From the NCBI GenBank assembly GCA_033442325.1, contig JAWQFM010000014.1:1331054-1395053 (forward strand): 64,000 nucleotides of DNA. Reading direction: 5' to 3'. The DNA comes from Salpingoeca rosetta. Taxonomy: Eukaryota > Protista > Choanoflagellata. The notes under the pieces were generated by a model. That model was not told where the DNA came from and did no database searches. It saw only the letters and a list, made by a program, of their open reading frames with translations. Both the position numbers and the translations under genes were made by a program. Each line of letters opens with the position of its first letter. Position 1 is the stretch's first letter. Positions 32,980-64,000 of the stretch are shown piece by piece.

Positions 32980-33739
32980 CACACACACATGCACACACAC
33001 ACACACACACACATGCACACAGACACACACTATCACGGCCAGCAACCCCATTCCCACATCTTGCTTGCTTCGTGTGCTCTCACTGCCCGCCTGACCTGAC
33101 GCAAAGAAAAATGAGCAAGTTGCCAATTGCAAGCGGCTGCAATTTGCAAATCCAGGCTTGACGCCAACAGACGAAGAAGAAGAAGAGGAAGAGGACAACA
33201 ACCAAACAACCCAGCCACCAGCAAACAACACGCAAAACAACAACACACAACACACGCACAACACACGCACAAACGCACGCGCCTCCCTTCTCCTCTCCAG
33301 ACGTAGGGTTGGATGGGGGGCTTCTAAGCAACTGGTGCGCATCCCCGCTGGCTGGTTGCCTGTGGCTGTGGCTGTGTTGTTGAGCTGAGCGCAGCGGGCG
33401 CGCAACAACACACGGGCGCCAAACAAGAGGAGGACGAAGGAGAAGAAGGAGGAGGACGAGGACGAGAAGGAGGAGGAGGAGGTAGAAACAGAAGAACACC
33501 AACAACAACTAGACAACTACGCACACAGCAACAGCAACAGCAGCAGCAGCAGCAGAAACACGACCCACAAGGGGAGGACGAGCAGCGAAGTTGGCTCTTC
33601 CACAGGACAAGGCGCCTTTCTACACAACACACAACACACACAACACACATAACACACACACACACTTACACAAAACATCCTCTCTCCCCCCTCCATCTGT
33701 GCCTTCCTCAGCCGACTTTCGCCCCCCCTCCCTCCTTCA

Positions 33740-37564
<3,825 letters not shown>

Positions 37565-37609
37565 TGGTGGGTGTTGGGTGAGTTGGGTGGATGATAGTGT
37601 GCGTGCGTG

Positions 37610-37678
<69 letters not shown>

Positions 37679-37680
37679 GT

Positions 37681-37770
<90 letters not shown>

Positions 37771-38236
37771 GTGTGTATTCGCTGTGTGTGTGTGTGTGTC
37801 GACAGGTGTTTAGGCAACAGTGTGGCATTCTTTATTTGAAGTTGAGCGACTCGGTCGGCTGCTTGTTGTGGTTGAGAGGCAGACATTATTGATTAATTGA
37901 ACCAACAACGCCAAACCAACAACGCCAAACCAACAGCAAATGAATAGCAGCTGCTTGCTTGTGCGCGCGCGTGTGGTGTCGACATTCAAGCGTGGTTATG
38001 TACAGCTATGCAACCAGCAGCAGAAACAGGGAGAGAAAGGCAGAATGGAAAGAGAGAAAGAAAAGAAAAAGTGGCTGTCTCACGCACGGGTTGGATGTGC
38101 ACGGAAGCTACGTGTAACGCAACAAACACGCAGCAGCATGGCAAAGTCAGAATGGCTCACAATCACCCACCATCCACCAACTACAACCAACTCGCAAAGT
38201 CACCACCATCGACCACCATGCACGGTCCCGTCTTGT

Positions 38237-39870
<1,634 letters not shown>

Positions 39871-40026
39871 ATCAGCAGCATGGAGTGGTGGGCAGGGGAA
39901 AGGTGTGTGTTGGTTGGAAAATGCGTTGCCAGCCAGCGACCCATATCCACTACATTTCATGCTGTCGCTTTTCAAACCCGTCTGCTGCTGGCTGCTGCTC
40001 ATCTCCTGCTGTGCTCTCCCAACACA

Positions 40027-40056
<30 letters not shown>
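39871..40056. promoter_or_regulatory. Putative bidirectional promoter SPATA4/NDUFS6 containing GTTGCCA (RFX half-site-like)
   Basis: Head-to-head ATGs 186 bp apart; GTTGCCA at 39925-39931. Confidence 0.5.
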
Positions 40057-40057
<1 letters not shown>

Positions 40058-40820
40058 TGTTTGCTGCTCGCTTGGCACGCGTCACCACCGTTGCACGGCG
40101 CTTTGCGTCCGAGGTGAGCACAGGGAGTGATTGGATGAGGGAGGGATGGCGAGAGAGAGAGAGAGACAACGAGATAACATGGAATACGTGATAGGATGGT
40201 TGTCTTCATGGCGCTGCTTTGTTGTCGCCACTCGCGCTTGGCTGTATCGTTATTGTTCTCATGTGCACACTTCACCACAATATTGTGACACACTTGACAG
40301 CAACCGGCACAGGCACTCCGCTTCGCCGTTGCACCAAAGATTGTAAGCCTACAGTGTGTGTGTGTGTGCGCAGTGGGTGTGCATGCGTGTTTGCATGTTT
40401 GTGGGCGTGCACCAGTGGCGCAACTTGTTGTAGCTGCTTATTGTAGCACTCGCGTGTATGTTCCTCACTCATTGTGTGCTGCGCATGCATGTGCCACCAA
40501 ACAAAACCACACACTAGGACACACCGCCTGCAGCAAAGGACTTGATCTTGGAGCAGCCCATCACAGTTGTGGATGGTCGCGTCGTCGCATCCGGCGGTGG
40601 CAGCACCGGCCACCCCATCAACTTCCTCAACTTGGTCCGTGTGCATGTGTTTGTGCATATCTGTTCGTGCATCGGTGCGCGTGTGTTTGTGCATGACTGT
40701 TTGTGCTTGTCTGTATGCGTGTGTTTGTGTATGTATGTATGCTTGGTCGATGTGTGGGACCCTATCACCTTCCCTTCGGGCCTGCTTTTGTACAGCCTCG
40801 CTGCACGCGCTCTGTTGACG

Positions 40821-40899
<79 letters not shown>

Positions 40900-41046
40900 C
40901 AGGACCAGAACAAGGTGGTGATGTGCCCTTACTCGGGCGACTTCTTCATCCGCAAGGGCGCCATCAAGCCGCTGCTGTCCCGTGGTGCCATCATTGAGAA
41001 GGATGGCCAGTACTTTAAGAACCCAGACGTCACCGACGAAGAGTAA
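40057..41046 (+). CDS. NDUFS6: Complex I 13 kDa subunit (NDUFS6, zf-CHCC family)
   Basis: Exons 40057-40113, 40301-40342, 40518-40634 and 40903-41046 give a presequence followed by [62 protein letters not shown]. Confidence 0.8.
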
Positions 41047-41435
41047 ACGCATGCGCGGCCTCTCGCTGTTGCTCGAGGCCGTGTGAGCGTTGCTTTCGCT
41101 GGTGTTGGTTGACTGGTTGGTTGGAAGCTTGTGGTAAAGATGTCCTTCCTGTCTGTGATACGTGTCATGTATGTCACACGTGTGTGCGTACACATATGCG
41201 TGTGTATGTGTGTGTGTGTGTGTGCTTGAACTTGACGAACAACGACGGAGAGGTTGAGAGGAACGGCTGTGTTGTGTTTGCGTGCGTCAATCAGCATGCT
41301 GCGTGTCAGTGTTGTTTATGCGGTTGATCGTGAGGATTAAAAACACATGCACATGTCCGCGTTCATCTTACGGCAGTCGGTTCCGCATACGGAGAGAGAG
41401 AGAGAGAGAGAGCGCGCGCGCGTGTGTGTGTGTGT

Positions 41436-41537
<102 letters not shown>

Positions 41538-41571
41538 ACGTGTGAATGAGGCACGCGTGCAGATGAATAGT

Positions 41572-49231
<7,660 letters not shown>

Positions 49232-49471
49232 CGCTGTTGCCGCCAAAACGCAATCACACCAAGCGAAAAACGGTCATTCGAAACCGAGGAATTATTGATC
49301 CCTTCCTTCCAGTTGTTTTCCTGAGTGTCCTGTGCCCAAGGAAAGGAAGGAAGCCATCACAGCATCACACAAGCATTGCTTCTTGCTCGCAAGCGCAACC
49401 ACACGCACGCACGATCATCAGCAGTGCAAAGCCTGCAAGCTTCATTTTGTGATCAGACCATCATCATCATC
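49232..49471. promoter_or_regulatory. Putative bidirectional promoter RECQL5 / ANK-PDZ-PTP
   Basis: Head-to-head predicted ATGs about 240 bp apart. Confidence 0.45.
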
Positions 49472-56612
<7,141 letters not shown>

Positions 56613-56974
56613 CGCGTTCAGTCGCAACTTGGGTTGTGGAGAGGAAGGGGTGGGGGAAGGGGCTGGTGTGCTTTTTACTCTGTACATGTGGTGGTGTGCA
56701 TGTCTGTGCAATGTGCGTAGACCGTTGTGTATTTATGTGTGTGCAGACCGTTGTGTATTTATGTGTGCATTGGACACTTGACACGGTACAGTACAATGGC
56801 ACGCACGCAAGGAAGCGAAACCATCATGTCACAGTGTGCACGTGTAGTTGCGTGGCAACCGATCGTTTACTGTCAGGAAGAAGTGCAAGAAACGGTTCGT
56901 TTGCTTTGATGCGGTGACTTGGCGAACTGGAAGCGAGGGGGTTGGGGTTGGGGAGTCAACTCCAACACACGCAA

Positions 56975-57297
56975 TTACAACACGCTTTCATACAAGCGCA
57001 ATCCTAGAAGCGCATTCATCATTTGTTGCCTACAGGTGTGTATGTGCGTGTGTGTGTGTGAGTGTGTGTGTGCGAGTGTGTGCGTATGTGCGTGTGTGTG
57101 AGTGCGTGAGTGTGTGTGTGTGTGTGTGAGTGCAGCAGGAAAGGTTGAAGCATGGTCTGGGGTCTCACACCTGTGCGTTGCCAGCTTGAGGAAGGCCTTC
57201 TTGGCGCTGACTTTAACCAGACCCTGATACGATGTGATTGGAAAAAACATGTGAGCGGAGAAAACATGCGCAGAGAGGCAGGCAGGCAGAACAGGCA

Positions 57298-57375
<78 letters not shown>

Positions 57376-58274
57376 AAGTTGATGTATCGAAGATAGACGT
57401 AACAATCACAGACGGACGCAATGCGATCGCGAACTGTTTCGCACACGTCCAACCAATCCGTCTGCAGCCATCACATGGAACATAAGAGAATGCGTGTGTG
57501 TGTGTGATGGTGTGTGTGTGTGTGATGGTGTGTGTGTGTATGATGGTCATTCTCATCATGAAGGAAACACAGCATGCGTGCGTACCACACCAACACCACA
57601 CGCAAGCGACAGCACCAAGGGCAGCAAGCGAACTGCAACAATGCAAACACACACACTCATTCACAACACGCACGCACACACACACACACACGCATACCTT
57701 CTGTCCAAGCCGGATGCGGTGTGTTGGTGGCTTGTGGCCGGTGAGGGAGCACGCGCGCCCGTCGTCAACGCTATTTCCAAGACGCTCAATCACAAGCGAG
57801 TTCTCCTGCGGATGCATCACACGAGCAACACGCGTGGAGCGGAGGGTGGTCGAAGCATGGGAAAAAGAGTAAATGGGGCTTGTGAGCTGGTGGTTGGCGG
57901 AGGAACAGCCTCAACACAACCAACACAGTCTCGCTTCGTGTGTGTGTGTGTGTGTGTGCGTGCGTGTATATGTGTGCCCATCTTGATACACTCACATGCA
58001 CACACACAGACACACAGACACACACCTTGATTGCGTCAATAATGTCCTGGCGGCGGATTGGGGAGGAGGGGGAGCAGACGTCCAGCGTCCGCTTCATCTC
58101 GCCCTCCTCCAGCGACGAAATAAACGATGCGCTGAACACGACGTAATGCACAATGCAGTGAGCTCTCAGCACGACAACATCGCACGCACGCACCCACACA
58201 CCCACACACCCACACACCCACACACCAACACACCTACCAACCTACCCACCTACCCACCTACCCACCTACCCACC

Positions 58275-58329
<55 letters not shown>

Positions 58330-59399
58330 CACACACACACACACACACACCTACCCACACACACACACAAACAAACAAACAATCATAGATCACCGACCTG
58401 AGGTCTGGGCTCTGGTACCAGGCCGTGAACTCCTCCAGCAGCCGCGGGTCAACAATCTCGCCATCATCATCGTCATCATCACCACCACCGCCACGACCGC
58501 CACTGTGGCCAGTCCCACCACTGCTTCTCGTCGCAGCCGCGTCGTCCTGGCTCGCGGTGCTGTGTGCGCGACTTAATTCAGTGCGACTGGCTGTGCTGCT
58601 GGTGCGTGTGCTCACGTGCGTGCCGTCACCGCCATCGCCGCAATCGTCGCCCTGCTCACTTTGCGTGCTGAGCGACCGCTGCTTGCTCTTCTTCACATCA
58701 CCACCACCGCTGCTGGTACCACCACCACCTGCGTCGCCCTGTGTTGGCTGCAGCAGCGGCGGCGGGAGGGTGACGGCAGACTGCGCTGACGGCGTTGGTG
58801 ACGGTGCATTTGCCTTTGATGCCGTCTTGAGATGGGATGTACTGTTTTGGCGCCGGAAGAAATGCCGCCGAAACCCGCGTCCACCTTTGGCAGTCGTCAA
58901 CAGCAAGGAGAGGGTGGGAGGAAGCAATATGGTGAGGTGGTGTGCGATGGCGTGAAGAGGGTGTGTACGATGGCGCGTGTGATGGCGTGTGATGCACATG
59001 CACACACGCACACATGCGCGCACACACGCACACGCACGCATACACACATATGCACATGTGACTCACTCTGCCTTCGGCCCCTCGGTGGTGATGACGACAG
59101 CTGCCTGTCCTCCTCCTTTCCTTGTTGTTGCTGTTGCTGCTGCTGCATTTGTGACGCTGTGCGTGTTCGACTGCCTGGTCTGCTGACTTGCTTCGGCTGT
59201 GCTGATTGCAGTTGGTCGCGCTGATGCTCCACAATCGTCTTCAACGCAGACACCTCAGCAGTCAACATCTATGTTGGGGTCAAAGGGCGGTCACATTGGT
59301 GTTTGTTGGTCGTGAGTGATGGGTGTGAGTGTGTAATGCTAGCAACGTCGGGGCAACAAAGTCATACACTTGCAGAACTGTGAAATGGGGGTAGTCTTC

Positions 59400-59485
<86 letters not shown>

Positions 59486-61377
59486 TCCCAGCCAAACCTG
59501 TTCGCTCACGCACCTCGACCTTTGACGCGGCCTCAATGTGTCGCTTCTCAGCCCTGACTGCCTCCTCTTTTGCCGTGCGAACCATCTTGTGTGCTTCCTC
59601 AAACAGCGATTCTGTCAGGTCGTCCATCTCCCGCGTCAGCTGAAGTTAAAAGGGGAGGGGGAATTGCCGAGGTTGCGCACATGCAATGTGGAGTGATGTA
59701 ACGTGAAGTGGGGCGATGCGCAAACAGCAGCAGGGCACGCGCGATTTCAACATATGCACACACACACACATACACACACATACACACGCGCGCGCGCACA
59801 CACACATACACGCACACACACACATACACGCACACACAAATGTGCTATTACCTGCTCCTTGTATTGCGCGAGAGAGTCGCATTCCTCAGCTTTCGCCACC
59901 AGCTGCCAGACGTTGGGGGGGGGGAAGCGAATGAGAAGTGCCGCATAAGCGCCAGTGAGGTGTACGAACGCACAACACACAGACAGACACACACAGACAC
60001 ACAGACAGACACACACAGAGATATATGTGCGCACCTTATCTTTGACGAGTCTGTACTCCTTTTCTAACCTCCAATATGCCAATGCCTGTGCGACCACACA
60101 TCGTCCCAAGCATGAGCTCATGCATGACCCAGTCCAGAACAACTGCGTAACTTTGTTCAACCACACGTACACACGCACTCAACACACACACACACACACA
60201 CACACACTCGCTCAAACACACTTTGTTGTGGTCCTTTGAAGCTTGTCGGCGCGCACGCGCCAGAAGCCATGTGTCAGAATTGGACCTGCAATGACATCAC
60301 ACATGCAGAGCAAGCAAGGCGCGGGCAGCCAAGCAAAGAAAGCAACGAGTCAGCGTTGGCAGGTGTGATGTGATGAGTAGCTTTTGGTTGTTGTTGTTGT
60401 TGTTGTGGAAGGCGTTGGCTTTCAGCACACGTTTCTGTACGCCTCATTCATCCATTCCCCGCCGCTTGCATTACCGCTCGCGAGCGGCGATGTGCACATC
60501 ATCTGGACTGCGATGCACAGCAGGCTGCTGCAGCTCCGCTATGACAGCTTTTGCATCGTCGTCCTGAGACCGTCCCACCAGCACCCAAAGACAGCAAGCG
60601 CAAGCATGCGAATGCACACAGTAGGCACGTGGTGAGTGTGAGCTGTGCCACATAGCGCAAGCAAGCTGCGAGGGACTGGAATCCAAACCAAGCCAACTCA
60701 AGTACAGCGTGTCCTTTGGCTGGCTGCTGGGCCATGAGCGCCATCGCCTGGAATGCAACCTCGTGGCCACTCACCGTCGTGTGGTCATCAACAACCTCTG
60801 GGATTGGGGTTGTGACGCGGATCTGTGGTGGTGGTGCCGAAGCGTCCTTGAGCGATGAGCCTTGTCCCTTACCCTTGCCCTTGACCTTGCTGTGACCCTT
60901 CTTCTCGTTCTTCTTGTTGTTGGGGGAGGTTGTGTCGGTGCCGCCGCTGCCACTTCGTGCATCCTCGAACATCATGGGTGGCAGGGACGTGTTGGTCCAG
61001 GACACGCTGCGGGTGTGACGCGACGCCCTGCTTGTCTTTGTCAGGCGTGTGATGGCTGCACACAACATCACACAACATCACATTGGGATCGCATTGCATC
61101 ACCGTGAGACGGCATAACAGGGGACGAGCGCAGCGTGGATGTGGATGGCTCCAGGTTGAAGGAGGCAGAGAGAGAGGGGGGGGGAGAGAGAGGCACACAC
61201 ACACACACACAAGCACACACAGGCACAGGCACACACAGGCACACACAGGCACAGGCACACACGCAGACGCGCATGCAACACACCTGCGACCTCGTCGCTG
61301 TTGTCACCCTGTTGATGTTGTTGTGCTTTGCGATTGGCGGCTGTTTCCGCAGTCGCAGCGCGTGTGTGCTGGCTCAT
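56975..61377 (-). CDS. RAB3IP: Rabin8/GRAB (Sec2-domain Rab8 GEF)
   Basis: Sec2 motif EMDDLTESLFEEAHKMVR...MLTAEVSALK. C-terminal motifs VDPRLLEEFTAW, NSLVIE, CSLTG, RDRIASVCDCYVYLRYI|GLVK. Stop at 56975. Confidence 0.85.
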
Positions 61378-61746
61378 CCTCGCCTCTACACCTATACCTA
61401 CGCCTCCTCTTCAATGGTGGGATCCAAGCAGCTGTTTGCCTTGACGAGCGTGTGAGTGGGTCATGCGCCTGTTCCCCCTCACCAAGTCAACCTCGCACAA
61501 CGCACGCACCTCGCTCCCATCAAGCAGCAACACAACACGACTTCCTTCTTCCTCTTCAACCCACCGCACAAAAACGAAAACAAAAACAAACACCGCGGTG
61601 GATAGTACGTGCATTGTCTTTAATCGTCTGTGCGAATCGTACATCAGTGCGCAGTTAGGCGCACACAGCCAGTCCATCCAGTCTCACCTCCTCAGCTCTC
61701 CCTCTCCTCCACCTCCACCACCATCATCGCTGGCGTGTGGTGTTTG

Positions 61747-63693
<1,947 letters not shown>

Positions 63694-63937
63694 GGACCTT
63701 CTTGCCGTTGCAGCAGCAACATGCGACCGGCACGCCACCGCCAACCCTGGTCAGATGGATGGATGGATGGATGGATGGATGGATGATGGTGATGATGATG
63801 ACAATAGCTGGTGCAACTCGGAACACTTGTGGCAACATGGGAGACCAGAGTGCTGCACGCACACAAACACACACACCCACACACACAGATGCACACCCAC
63901 ACCCACACACCCACACACACACACATACGCCCACATC

Positions 63938-63978
<41 letters not shown>

Positions 63979-64000
63979 CACCCCACACACACACACACAC

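Overview
Gene-dense, intron-rich eukaryotic DNA in which nearly every intron carries (GT)n and/or (CA)n microsatellites. Gene content (PTB-tyrosine-kinase-like gene, PTP, BAR-PH-RhoGAP-SH3, ciliary genes) and repeat style suggest a choanoflagellate such as Salpingoeca rosetta; this is inference. Splicing exons by hand gives about 15 protein-coding genes. In order: class-3 lipase with a Thr-rich linker and an APCDD1-like tail (+, 5' truncated); tandem doublecortin protein fused to DUF924 (-); PTB-PTB-tyrosine pseudokinase (+); LHFPL-like tetraspan (-); duplicated 4-TM MARVEL-like protein (-); divergent eEF2 paralogue (-); GRAF/oligophrenin-like RhoGAP (-); mitochondrial ATPase inhibitor IF1 (-); intronless CDKL5-like kinase (+); SPATA4-like (-); NDUFS6 (+); RECQL5 (-); ankyrin-PDZ-PTP (+); Rabin8/Sec2 (-); NDUFS3 (-). 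There are five N-gaps and signs of local mis-assembly at CA repeats. No RNA genes, transposons or CRISPR arrays were recognised. The most interesting points are the unusual domain fusions, the degenerate catalytic or regulatory motifs in several paralogues, and a polarised 5'-(GT)n...(CA)n-3' intron architecture. All family assignments come from motif recognition by eye, not database searches, and exon coordinates are approximate to a few nt.
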